Source: Amoebophrya sp. A120
Taxonomy: Eukaryota; Protista; Dinoflagellata
Reading direction: 5' to 3'
Assembly (NCBI GenBank): GCA_905178155.1
Contig: CAJINV010000006.1
Span: 3,692,169 to 3,756,168 of the forward strand
DNA: 64,000 nt
The notes beneath the pieces are model-generated. The model did not search any database and was not told where the DNA came from. It saw nothing but the letters and a program-made list of their open reading frames with translations. Both the position numbers and the translations under genes were made by a program. Below are positions 38,701-50,182 of the stretch, piece by piece (position 1 is the first letter of the stretch; every line of letters starts with the position of its first letter).

Positions 38701-39900
38701 CTGTCATCGTGTCCCCTTCCATTGCTTCCAGTTTCTCTTCTGTGAGCGTAGCAGCCATTTTCTCGTCCACCACACTTGCAAACTCCTTCGTCCGTTCCAG
38801 CTGTCTCCACGGCTCTTTTTTCGTTCTTTGCTTTCGCATCAGGCCGGGCTGGAAGGAGAAGGTGGCCATCCTGTGGTCCGAGAGTGTAAGTGTCCGCGCT
38901 TCGACGTTCTGGTCGCTAAATAAGCCCCGATCCCGGAACTTGGCCAGGGCGCGGTCGTACTCCCGGAGCTTCCTCCCCTGTGGAAAGCTGCCCCGGAAAG
39001 TCCACCGCCTGCGCCAGGGTTTGCGGTTTATCGTGGAGAGGTCAAGGAGTTCGCTTCTGGCCGCGAACTCCAGGTGCCTTCTGTTATTGTCACTGCCCAG
39101 GGCCCAGTCCGCGCTGAGCCCCGCCTTCCCGATCGTGTATGGCAAGCCGGCATCGGCGAGCTCACACTGCGGGCCACCAATCTCGCAGTTCCAATCACCA
39201 GCGAAAGCCTGAACGTCGTAGGCTGAGTGCGACTCGAGGTCGCGCTGGAGGGCTTGGTAAAAATTGATCTTCTTCGCCGCCTCCGCGCCCTCGGTGGGCG
39301 CGTACACCGAATGCAGATGCACCTTCTTGCTGTATTTCGTGCAGACCGTCACCCGCACGTGCCGGCTGCACTCACGCGCACTTACTCCCTCGACATGGAT
39401 GGAGCGGTGGATCAGGATCATAGTGCCATAAATAAGCCCGCCTGATTTGCTCCGCTCCGCTCCCCCCCCGTACGCGAGATACTCGCTTTCCGCAATCTGC
39501 TCGCCGACGAGCCACCGCTCTTCACCACCAACAGGCCCTTGCTTCGGGCGTCCTCCACCAGTGCGCGGCGCTCTTTGCTGTCTCCGTGTCGCGAGTCCTT
39601 GCCGAGTGTTCGCGCGTTTATGGTGCCCATCCTCAACGCTGGTATCTTTTTCCAGTCTCGGCGGGGTATCTCCCCACCGGCCACCGCGGTGTCGCTCCGC
39701 ATTGTGGCAGCTGCCCGCGATCGATATCTTCGATCACGAGGAGTTATTCGTCTTTTCGCAAAAGTGTAATGCTCTGTCCGGGGACGAGGCCCGCGGACAG
39801 AAGAGTTCCGCTCTGTAGAAGTCAGGGGGCGCGCGCCCTTCTCACCAGGAGGTCCTGGTGTGGCCGGGGTCTTTCTTTTTTTTTTTTGATTTTTTTTGGC
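35718..39900 (-). mobile_element. Non-LTR retrotransposon (APE + RT, RTE-like); 5' end approximate
   Basis: APE motifs MGTINARTL, SVYAPT, AGDWN, WTF, YDRAL and LSDH. RT motifs NYRPVALL, FVDFCKAYDS, GIRQGSSLSPLLF, LGYVDD and FKYLG. Short tandem GTGAATGA tail at about 35718-35734. Confidence 0.93.
35831..39421 (-). CDS. LINE endonuclease/reverse transcriptase polyprotein (N-terminal APE part is in another frame, 39418-39702)
   Basis: 1196-aa ORF carrying most of the APE motifs and all the RT motifs listed for the element. Confidence 0.92.
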   Translation of the reverse strand: MILIHRSIHVEGVSARECSRHVRVTVCTKYSKKVHLHSVYAPTEGAEAAKKINFYQALQRDLESHSAYDVQAFAGDWNCEIGGPQCELADAGLPYTIGKAGLSADWALGSDNNRRHLEFAARSELLDLSTINRKPWRRRWTFRGSFPQGRKLREYDRALAKFRDRGLFSDQNVEARTLTLSDHRMATFSFQPGLMRKQRTKKEPWRQLERTKEFASVVDEKMAATLTEEKLEAMEGDTMTAEQVWTEFERILRGTLDREWPAEKRGPKKPWITDRTWKLIQDRSRVQADGKMTKAEQKRMAKAIKQAVRADKQEWVKGKIEDLQKAEHRGDARATSEVVRQLAGKARKGQPTSLPGGNAKRVEFWRGILGQPRPEPAAELQQTDAWRECMEELNRNAARPEWAQAFEGEISDDEISAGINELKSRKSYAGSMPAEFFANSELGRRVLRTVVKKIFAGEKIPPSWLEAAVALLYKSGPKNAPKNYRPVALLTVGEKVLSLLILNRIKETAYAAVDERQKGSVAGLSCRNGVFILLRRLEQAIRDDEDMVLIFVDFCKAYDSLAWDKMRQILLLQGMPPGLARIVEEIYDGSSIRLKTGAQGLSDKIDQKCGIRQGSSLSPLLFILVLDWAMRVTTKVLTRKGIWGKSAEQVERSILSWLGYVDDLVLRADSKEDAATALKELTAACAFVGLTLNAEKTEAMTFNLEPPERKDDEAKEERCYYDDASGARWSGWLVEWNGTGLRPELREGARKAPKMDLGIRPTHLIAWDNGTFSRCIYKKNGWVTVRWRWHEAPVRLNRMGRVRHINPERNKFVCSRCGDILGDRKALLYHQATGFCRPVKTEEEERQLRVGRQILEKKKAERGREVVPADLRNFDGSEIKTVGVFKYLGTQVEGNAGTSKEVARRTGIARATVQALNCIWRDPDISKNLKAALYRSLVNSVALYNAETWRPRENDLKALRWFQHSTLRTLEGEKRGWQMAQENDADEGEAEYAGRLELCQRVGVPPVETILRERRVAWMAHALRNKKEACHYLAREEVRKGTPWGRLIRDDFDEVGLPIDQFLDLEAPPAARAIKAHLVAKRPTKPLPKQRRGDRRGKTEKCREKTNKQRENIQQQKAEAELRQANFIASISGRRWERFPSAAGNYWQTKEEAVNSPPVQFEIESEDFCEGSGREEYRVCGVWFQKMSNGTYVARR

Positions 39901-40729
39901 TCTTGTTTTTTTTTTTTTTGCGCCCTCCTGCTTCTTCCCTTCAAGACTTCCTAAGTGCTTGCGGTGCTTTAATAATTTTGATTGTGCGAGGCTGTAGTGC
40001 TAGTCTGCGTCGCTCGTTTGAGATAAAGCTACACTTGCTAAATATGCCAGCAAAAGAGCACTGCGATTGGCGGTCGCAGGTCTATAGATGGGCCTCGTTT
40101 TTCCGGTGGTTCAACTAAACCATATGCGAGTGCGGCCCATCAATCCGTCGATCCTGTGCGAGATCGTGCGCGTGCACTTTAATTAGGTGTCGTCGTGCAG
40201 TGCGTTTAAACTTTAGGAATAAATATGTCGCTATGCAGTTGGCTCAGAAACTTTAGTAGTTTTTCAAAAGATGTCGCGAAAGAGAAACAAAGTCAATTCC
40301 TAGCGCGGACCGTTTACGCCTAGAATCCATCGATTCTGTTCTGCAAAGTTGTGCGAAAAGGTGGAAAAACAAGAGAAAAACAACAAAAAAAAAAACAAAA
40401 AAAAAGTAAAAAAAGTTGAATAAGCAAAAAGAAGTAAAAGATGACATTGTCGTGAAACAGCATCTATCACCTCCTCTGAAGGTCGACTGTCGAAGTCCAG
40501 GTTGTAGAGTAATCCTCCCAAGAGCAATAAAACAATGTCTTTCATTGAAATTGTTTTTGTAAAGCTGAAATTTAGAAATAGCAGTAGGTTGAGCAATAAT
40601 CTCATCAGCAAGTATTGCCGAATTTTCGCACGAAGAGTACTATCTCGAAATAATCAGCTTATAGTTTTTCAAAACCGTCTTCTTGGGTAAGTGAAGAATC
40701 AAACGTTTCTGAGCCGCGTCTCAACGACT

Positions 40730-42963
40730 TTAGAATTCGTCACCATAGCCTTCCTCCTCACCTTCACCCTCGGCGGTCTCGATGCCGACCTCCTCGTAAT
40801 CCTTCTCCAGGGCGGCCAAATCCTCACGGGCCTCGGAGAACTCGCCCTCCTCCATACCCTCACCGACGTACCAGTGGACGAAGGCGCGCTTGGAGTACAT
40901 CAAATCGAACTTGTGGTCGATGCGGGAGAACACCTCCGCGATGGCGGTGGAGTTGGAGATCATGCACACGGCGCGCATCACCTTGGCCAGGTCGCCACCC
41001 GGCACGACGGTGGGCGGCTCGTTATCCACAGTAAATTTCTCGTAGACGCACAAATGCGGTCTCCGCATGACAAAACTTGGCTTCGATTCTAGTGTAGCAC
41101 GACAAGTTTTACGCATCAAATTGGTAGAATTTGTGATGCATCTTGTACATGTACGGGAAATTTGTATTGCATACTGGTAGTTGATACCGCACTTGAAGCC
41201 GGTCGGGGACCAGTCGACAAACTGGATGGTGTATGGGATGCAAACATGTCTTGTTCTGGAGAATTGTGACGCTAGTTTGTGACTGGTGGCGACACTGCGA
41301 TATGCAGTCACGCATGACAAGCTTTGCACGAGCAACTATCTGTTCCGGTTTCCACATGACATTAGGGAAGAATCTATTCTCCTCATCATGCATTACAGAT
41401 TTCAGCATTGCAAACTATAGTACATGTGCGATAAGCATGGCAAACTATACACTTTTCCAGACGCAGACATATTTGTATTGCGTATGGTGCGCTTGGTCTT
41501 GATGGTGGCGACGGAGGCGTTCACGTCCTTCGGGACGACGTCACCACGGTACATGAGGCAGCAGGCCATGTACTTACCGTGACGCGGGTCGCACTTGACC
41601 ATCATGGAGGCCGGCTCGAACACGGAGTTGGTCAGCTCGGCCACGGACAGCTGCTCGTGGTAGGCCTTCTCCGCGGAGATGATCGGCGCGTACGAGGTCA
41701 ACATAAAGTGGATACGCGGGTACGGCACCAGGTTGGTCTGGAACTCGGTCACATCCACGTTCAGCGCACCTGGGATAGGAAGATGTTGAGGATATCACAA
41801 AGTCTGGATGATCGATTTCCCGTGACTAGAAACAGACGCGTATTAATTATACCATTCCTCGAGGTTTCCTTGCATGACAAACTTTCAATTCTAAAACATG
41901 AGAAAGCGAATCAGCAACTCGCATCTACCAAAGAGGAACGATGAGCACTTGTCCATCATACAAGTCATGAAGATTTCCCTCAAGACAAGCATTTTTGTGT
42001 GCGCACACTCTCAAACTAGTATAGCTTCAGAAGTGTCAAAAACCTGTATACCATCGAAGCGCAGAGACGCGGTCAAGGACGAGATGATCTGGGCGACCAG
42101 GCGGTTCAAGTTGGTGTAGGTCGGGCGCTCAATGTCCAAGTTGCGGCGACAGATGTCGTACAGAGCCTCGTTGTCGACCTGGTTGGTGACGTCGGTGTGC
42201 TCCAACAGGGAGTGGACGCACAGCACGGTGTTGTACGGCTCGACCACGGCGGTGGACACCTGGGGGCAGCACCACACGGTGAAGGAGATCTTGGACTTCT
42301 TACCGTAATCGACGGACAGACGCTCCATCATCAGGCAGCCCAAACCGGAACCGGTACCACCACCGACGGCGTGGTAGATCAGGAAGCCCTGCAGACCGGT
42401 ACAGTTGTCGGCCAACTTACGGATGCGGTCCAAGCACAAGTCGACGATCTCCTTACCGATGGTGTAGTGACCGCGGGCGAAGTTGTTCGCGGCGTCCTCC
42501 TTACCGGAGATCAGCTGTTCCGGGTGGAACAACTGACGGTAGGTACCGGTGCGGACCTCATCGATCACGGTGGGCTCCAGATCGACGAACACGCAGCGGG
42601 GGACGTGCTTGCCGGCACCAGTCTCGGAAAAGAAGGTGTTGAAGGCGTCGTCACCACCGCCGATGGTCTTGTCAGACGGCATCTGACCATCCGGCTGGAT
42701 ACCTGGGAAGGTGTTTGTGAGTAGATCATCATTACATCGTGATATTTTTCCAAACTAAAAAACAAAATTTGAATCACGCTGGAAACGCAATGAAAACCAA
42801 CTACTTAAGTAGCTTCTACTTCATCTTTCGATACGGTGACGAAACTGAAATTTATTACGAAGTGCAAAATTAAAATACCGTGCTCCAAGCAAAACAGCTC
42901 CCAGCAGGCGTTACCGATCTGGACACCGGCCTGACCGATGTGAATGCAGATAGCTTCACGCAT
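40730..42963 (-). CDS. TUBA: Alpha-tubulin
   Basis: [29 protein letters not shown]...GGGTGSG...[17 protein letters not shown] introns at 42703-42878 and 41770-42051. Non-canonical elements at 41232-41484 and 41023-41173. Confidence 0.99.
41023..41173. mobile_element. Introner family I (TATCCACAGTAAATTTCYCGTA / TATGCAATACAAATTTCCCGTA), copy in alpha-tubulin
   Basis: TSD CTCGT/CTGGT. Others: 31013-31168, about 52596-52751 and 55628-55785. Confidence 0.92.
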
Positions 42964-44490
42964 CTTGTGATAGATTTGTGCCGCTAAAGCGCAAGAAAAA
43001 AGATTAGTACTTCGTTTCCGCTAAGGAGTTTTGGGTTGAGAGAAGAATTGATGTTTCGAAGTCAATTTGCAATCTAAATGTGCGATTTACGAAAGTGAAA
43101 GTGTATCGTCCAGCTTACAAGTTATAATGCGTGACTTCGAGTTGACCTCTCAATTGACGTTTGATGCGTTAAGCGAGCTAGCCATGAGCTGGGGAAGGAC
43201 GCAAAACAACAGCACGCATTTGATGTAGAAACGGGCTTGGTGAGGGGGAGTAAACAACGTTAAAACGTAGTCTCGATAAGGACGAAATCTTAGTGTAGAT
43301 AACCGACTCGGCATCTACGACTCCGTGTGCCTGCAAGGACGAGGAGCTCCCGTAAGTTGAGTTCCAACCAACGCACAGCTCATCTGTCACGCAAAATAAA
43401 AGTCACTTGTGCTTAGTTAGAAAAGAACACCTAGTACATGACTGATTCAACTACGGACAAAACCTCTCATCGGTGAAACATTGCTATAAAGTGCTCTGAA
43501 GTGGATTTGAGTTTTCATTTCCGTCATCGGAAAGCTGCACTCGCTAGGTAGGGCGCGCCGCGACTGTGTCAGGTACGCGAAGTGAAAAAGCCCCTACACA
43601 AAATAGACCTTCCTTTCTATTCTGCTTGTTAGACGGCAGTTTCAACTACTTACAGAACGCAGTGGATCATGCATTGACTCCACCGACCTGCATTGAGCAC
43701 GATCTGTCATCTCCATCAAGACATCTCCTTCTTGGCCGCCATCTTGCAAAATTATAAATATGTCCTTGCAAGAAAACAAAAATAAACGTCCCTCAATTCC
43801 CCTACGGTTTCCGAGATGTAGTTCGGAATGATGAAAACGCAAAGTAGAAAACTGCTATAGAAGTACATCATGAAAGTAATCACCTGTTGCAATGAAAACT
43901 ATCTCGCTCATGAATATCTATATAATCATAGCAGAGCACTGATATCTGATCACTTCTACCAAGAATAATACCACTGGAGTACCAGCACCAAGTGTTTCAT
44001 CGTGATGTAACCGATGCGGAAATGCAGGCAGCTTGAAATTAAAAACGCTTTCTCTTGGAAGTCTGCCAGTTGCCTCTCGTGAAAGCGCAATGATGATGAT
44101 GTTACCCCGTAAAGCGGTTAAGGTGTTGAAGAACTAAAGCGCTCACGCCGTGCTTTCCGGTGCGTCCTGGGAAATACTCGCGCGCAAAATCCCCACTCGT
44201 GTTTTTGCTCTCCCAGCACATCAGCTCATCTCTCGCACTCTGCTCCCCTGAGCAACAAGCTCTGTAATCACAAGAGGCCCGCAAGACACTCGGCCGATGG
44301 GCGGCCGCCAGCAGCTACGCCGCGTGGAAATCATTGGACAACTAAGAGAAGTCGCGTAGCGTACCTACGAGCAATGACTTCTCGCAAGAGTCCGCCGACA
44401 AAAACAATCATTACAGGACTTTAGCTACAAACCGCAGTGGAGTTGACACCACAAGCAGGAGCGTCCTGGACCTGGCGAGAATGAAGATCA

Positions 44491-44988
44491 TTATAACTTC
44501 GTGCGCGCGCTCTCTGGGCAGGTCAGACCCTCCGCCACAAACTCGCCAACGCAGGCGCCATTGGGGTCAGAGGAGACGCAGCGCGCCATTAGAAATCCGC
44601 CAGCGGCCGGCTTGCACACACACCCTTCAACGGAGCGCACCCGGGCACAGACATGCAAGTTCACATCAAGGCCACCGAAGCGGGGATTGTTCGCGTAGAG
44701 GCCCTCGATCCTGGGACCGCTACGTGGCTGAAACGAAAAGTCAAAAAACCCTTCGTTTTGCGGCAATAGTCCGCGGGAGAGTTCCAACGCACTCACCGTC
44801 TTTTCGCCTTCGTCGTTACGGCCCTCCGGAGCGGAGCCGCGCAGGCTGCCGGCCTTGGAATCCCCGTTCGACAGGGTTTCCACCTCCGTGGTGCCCGCCA
44901 CGCTGGAGGGGTCAATCGCCTTCGACAAGGCGATCGGACCCCCCCCCGCCGCCGCAAACAAGCTGATCTTCTTCATCATCTGCGTCAT
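44491..44988 (-). CDS. Small intronless protein with a C-terminal six-cysteine domain, possibly secreted
   Basis: ORF MTQMMKKISLFAAAGGGPIALS...VCARVRSVEGCVCKP..RCVSSDPNGACVG..LTCP, co-oriented with neighbours. No family recognised. Confidence 0.45.
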   Translation of the reverse strand: MTQMMKKISLFAAAGGGPIALSKAIDPSSVAGTTEVETLSNGDSKAGSLRGSAPEGRNDEGEKTVSALELSRGLLPQNEGFFDFSFQPRSGPRIEGLYANNPRFGGLDVNLHVCARVRSVEGCVCKPAAGGFLMARCVSSDPNGACVGEFVAEGLTCPESARTKL

Positions 44989-45662
44989 TTTGGAACGCGA
45001 AGGACAATAGGAGTGCGGTACACGAGACAGCTTCCCTGCGGTTTGGAATGGAACAAAAAACTTCAAAAGCACCAACACACAGTTACAATTTTTAAGTCGC
45101 TGGGAAATAGTATCATTGGTTGCTCACGGTTTATAAATTATACCTTCGGCTCGTCTGAACTCCACTCCAACACAAAAAACTCATCTCAATACTCTCGCTG
45201 AGCTACTTCTTTAGTAAGTAGGAATGCAATAAAAACCCGGAGGAAGTCGCCAAGTTACGCTACTTTAGAATTTTCATTTTGTTTCTCAACCTGGCCAATG
45301 CTCTCCTCCAGCTCAGGAATGTCGCTCGTCGTGTCTTCTTGTAGACAAAGATTATCTCGGTCTAATGTGTCCTGAGGAACGACCCGAACACGATCTTATC
45401 GAACAATCTCTACGCAAGAAAGACTCGAAAAATCACGAGCCTCGCACGACCAATAATTGATTGATAAAATCGAAGGCGCGGTGGTGAGACGTCTACAGAC
45501 ACTACCTCCTTGTGGTAGAAGGAGGAGCAGTCTAAAGTTGTCACACTCACATAGCACAAGCAACAATCTAGATGATCTTCATCTTGTCGAATCGACGGTG
45601 GCAAGCGCCAAGCTACATATGATGTTCGCATTCCTTCGGGCTTCCAAATGAGAGTTGTAGAT

Positions 45663-48600
45663 CTACTTGCGTATCACAAGAAATACGAATTGCCATGATG
45701 ATGATGATGATGATGTTACGGCCACCTTTACATTCTTCCGTTCAGAATCACAGCTCATCCCCCGGTTGTTCAACATCGTCGTCCCAATCATCATCGAGGT
45801 CCTTCTCCTCCGTGTCCTTCCGCTATGACAGTGCACAGCTCCCCCTCCCCCTCATTTGTATAGCATGAGCGGCAATACAAGCATCACCAAGCGTGCCGGA
45901 TTTGCATGACAGGTTTGCTCTGGAGTGTAGTGCTATTTCGGCTACCAGAACTTGTCATGCAAACAGTGCCAAGAGACAAACGGCGGATTGGGTATTTTGC
46001 ATGACAAATGAGGGGGGGGGAGTTCTGCATTGTCATATCCGCATGACCTGCTTTCGGCTCTTTAAATCCGTGGACAGAAACCGCAACGCCTTGGCCACCG
46101 CCTCGAAGGACTATGAGAGTGCACAACTCGTCCCTCTCCCCCTCATTTGAATTTGAATTTGCAATGCAAAAACTAAAACCCAAATCCAAGGGCTTTCCTG
46201 TGGCACTGTTTGCATGACAGATTCCGGAAGATGAGGCCCGAACAATACTACTACATGGGCGCGTGAATTTGTCATGCGCCACAGGCTCCACGTGTGCTGG
46301 TCCTGGTGTTTGTATTGCTGTCCACGCAATACAAATGAGGAGCAGGGGGAGTTGTGCACTCACTCATAAGGACTCGTTATCCCCCGTTGACGCCAACACG
46401 GCCGCCAGCGATTCTTTCGTCTTGGACACCGTGGCATGCATTGCAAAAGTGTCTGGGTCTGAAAGGATGCAACTTGTGATGCTGCATTAGCATTTGGATT
46501 CTACAAAAATCTGTAATGCATGAACAGCAAAAGAGGCCCAGTTTTTGCCACGACGAGAGGGCATTTCTCATGCGGTATGAGCATCAGAAAGCCCTCGCAG
46601 AATCGCTGATGCTAGGGCATACATCACCGACCTCATGGGTCATGCAAAATCTGCATGACAAACTGCTGCACTCTTCCAGACCCAGACATTTTTGCAATGC
46701 ATACGCGGCAGTCGTCATTTGGTGCAGGTCCTTAAAGAGCTGCCGCAAGGCGCCGTCTTCGGAAAAGACACGCAGACATCCTGTGTAAAAGCCTTCCCAC
46801 CCACACAGAGTTGTAATGCTAAAGGAATTGGCATTTGTAATGCTGTAAACAGGATGAAAAAGCGGCTTTCTCATGCGACTTCCCTTGCTAGCCAGCACTA
46901 CACTATTTCGAAGCTTGTCATGCAGAACTCCCAAAACTTGAGGATTTGTGTTGCCGACTTCCCATCTTGACTATAGTGTGGGGACGTAGTTTTTGCACAC
47001 GATAGCAGGCCCTCCGAGGTTAGTTCCTTCAGGGCCTTGGGAAATTTCGTCTTCCGTTCTTCGTGCAGGATCGCAGTCGCGCAGAACCTCACCGAATTGA
47101 TCAACGGGCCGTTCCGGTCGTGGAAAAAGGCGCGTCCGAAGTAGGTCATCACAAAATCCTTCACCGACCTATGGCGTTCTCAAGCGTTACATTATCAACT
47201 GTTACCCGAATTTGTACTGCGAGAATAGCAAAAATCAAAGGGGGGAGGCTGCACCTGTAGCATTACAAATTCCGCACAGATTTACGCGCTGTTTGGCCCT
47301 TCACAAATTTGTCATGCGAAGCAGCTCCATAGTGTGGATGATCATCATCATGATGAGGGTAGTTCTGCATAACAAATTCATGTAACAGCTAAGAATGTAT
47401 CAGTTGAGAACGCGATACAACCCCGTTATCCCGGTGCTCCACCCGATCAACGACCATCCTGAGTAAAAAGGCCCCCACACCAGACGAATCAAGATAGGAA
47501 TTTTGCAACACAAACCTAGGAGCTCTGGGAGTCACGCATGACAAGTTGCGCTCCGTAGTGTAGTGCAGGTTAGCAAGTGCAACCGCATCACAGCTCCATC
47601 TGCTTATCCTGTTCACAGCATCACAAATTCCAAAACACGATTGGAAAAGTCTACAATGGGTAAGCGCATCACAAATGTGCTCCTTGTCATAGCAAATCTG
47701 CATGACAGCTCTGGGGTGGGGAAGGTTTTCTTCAGGATAGCGACAGCCAGTTGTTCGTGAATTCCCGCACCTTCTCTGCCAGCTCCGGTATCATATGTAA
47801 AAACGTCCCCACCCCATGCTCAAGATGGGGGATCTGCTACACAAATCCACAAGTTTTGGCTGTCGAGCATGACAAGTTCATCTGGCTCGCGTTGTAAAAA
47901 TCCTGTTTAACTAGTGCCACCGCATGTTAAATTGAGTATCTTATCCTGATTCTAGCATGACAAACTCTCAGATAGCATAATTAGAAAATGGCTCTCATGG
48001 GGCTGCGCATGAGAGACAGTTTAGGCTTGCGGATTTGCATGACAACTCTGGAGTGGGGACGTTTTTACAAAGGATATCCGGCTGGTTCAGGTTATCCACT
48101 TCTCGCGCTACGTTGCCAAAATGGGCGATCAACCCGTCCTATCAAGTGCAAATGAGTCTGGGTCTGGGAGACTGCGAGAATTGTCATGCTAGTCTGGCAT
48201 GACACTGGAATATGTGTTGCGTGGCCGCATAGAACTCCTCTTGCTTGTCATGCAAAGAAAACGCAGTTTCTCATGCGGGGTACGCAATTCACAACCACGA
48301 AAAAACTTGTCATGCTTGGCAGCGCATCACTGCCTGCTCGCTATTCCTCTCCTTGCATCACAAGTTTAACATTCCAGACCCAGGGATATTTGCAATCCAT
48401 ACGTCTCGAAATTCGCGCACCCCGTTCAGAATTTCCAGGTAAGATATCAAATGTAAAAATGTCTGGGTCTGGAAGATTGCTAGGTCTGTCATGCATATTT
48501 TGCATGACCTGTGATGTCTGCGATGTATGCCCCAGCATCACAAATTGTTTGCGGGTATGTTGATGCCTATCCCGCATGACAAATGCCCTCTCCGCGGGGC

Positions 48601-48864
48601 AAAAACTGGACGCCTTTTGCTGCTCATGCAATACAGATTTTGATTTTTGTAGATTCCAAAAATAGCATTACAAGTTGCATTCTTCCAGACCCAAGCAGTT
48701 TTGCAATTCATATAAGAAGCATCTTCCTGCACCCCATCATTCTGATCCTGGTCCGCTTCCTTCGCAAGCACCAATCCAACTGGAAAAAATGTGGTTGTCG
48801 TTGCAATCATACAGATTGTGGTCACCCCGACTAGGGCCACACGGCAACCAACGCGCTGCAGCAT
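45663..48864 (-). CDS. Uncharacterised signal-peptide protein, 10 exons
   Basis: Removing nine elements plus 5 nt each gives one open frame: MLQRVGCRVALVGVTTICM...YLEILNGVREFRDGLIAHFGNVAREVDNLNQPELAEKVREFTNNWLSLIGWSTGITGLVKDFVMTYFG...VIRK*. Confidence 0.8.
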
Positions 48865-50182
48865 GCTGGTTCTTGTAATTGGCCGAAGATTTTATTTACG
48901 ATGAATCGGGTTCACGTTCAGAACGACAAATAAGGTGATGATAATGAACGGAGTCCTTGCGAGAAGTGATGAAATTTCTCGAGATTTCAGTTGCCCTTCT
49001 AAGAAAGTAGGGGTGTCGTGTAGATTTGCCTAGCGACGAGAGGAAAACAAAACCTCTGTCTGATCAAGCTCCTCGTCCGAAATAAATGATCTCTTTGTGG
49101 GAAATGTGCCTGTGTTATCGTACGAGGTTCTTCGCGTATCTTGATTATAAAGAACTTTTCTTTGTCTGCACCTAGAAGTGGTTCCAATTCCGAACCGAGG
49201 TAGAAAAAGCGGAAATCAAAAATAAACATTGAAGATCACCAATACCATCGTCATCTAGACTCGTTCAGGACACAAGAAAAGTGTATTAAAAGAGCCGTAC
49301 AATTCAACAATCGGTGAAAAAGTTGTGCGTGAAAGTTGGCCTGCTTCTGCGGCGAAGAAGAATGATCACCGATTACTCATCACGATCTTTGTTGCTCAAG
49401 AAAGTACTTCCGCGCCAAAAGCTACCTGTAGCGAGGCTACGGCATCGGCGTCAAGTGTAGTGCCAAAAAAAATAAAAATTTTCGTCATTTCAGAAAAGCA
49501 GAACAAGCCGGCAGCTGGACGTGGTGTGCTCAGGCGAGGAAATTATATTTCTACATGTACTTCCGGAAGACCGGACTACTGGCGAATTTGTTGTTCTTCG
49601 CGCTTCATTCTTGACACTCACTCCCCGGTCGATCTCCATCTACTTGTTTCTCCGCCAGCGCGTAGAACTCCTCTACTTTTTTTTCAAGAAAAATACGTCC
49701 TTGCAGTATGGTTTTCTTTTCGTCCACGGAAAAATCAAAATAAGTAATCAAATTAGATACCTCAAAAAGAAAAAACTAGGATTAAATTGCAAATATTTGA
49801 AAGCAGCAGCTGCGGTCTTCAGTAGAAGTTGCTTAACTTGTTCTGCGATATGAAATTCAGACGAAAGCGGGCGAAGAGGGTCAGAACGGTTTGCACTGCG
49901 CTAAAAATCTTCTGAATCACAGTAAAACAAACGATGTTCCGCGTGTTCCTCTGCGTGCGGGAGATTGATAAATGATGTCGCGAGGGCAAACCAAAATCAG
50001 GATGCTCCTACAACGACAACGTCTGGGCGGGAAACAATCATCAGAGCAAAACCAAAATCGTTTCTCTTTCTGTTGCGATCAACCACCCGCAGAGACAATC
50101 CCAAAGGAACTGCACGTCGTGAAAGACCGCACGACCTGCTTCAGCACACCGGACCACTGCAGATGCAACTTCCGCATCTATA

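Noticed and set aside
38145-39212. 355-aa plus-strand ORF (and similar plus ORFs at 7016, 36345 and 42197)
   Set aside because: Antisense shadows of minus-strand CDS.
42964-43100. Relict dinoflagellate spliced leader upstream of genes
   Set aside because: No match to CCGTAGCCATTTTGGCTCAAG seen here or at other gene starts.
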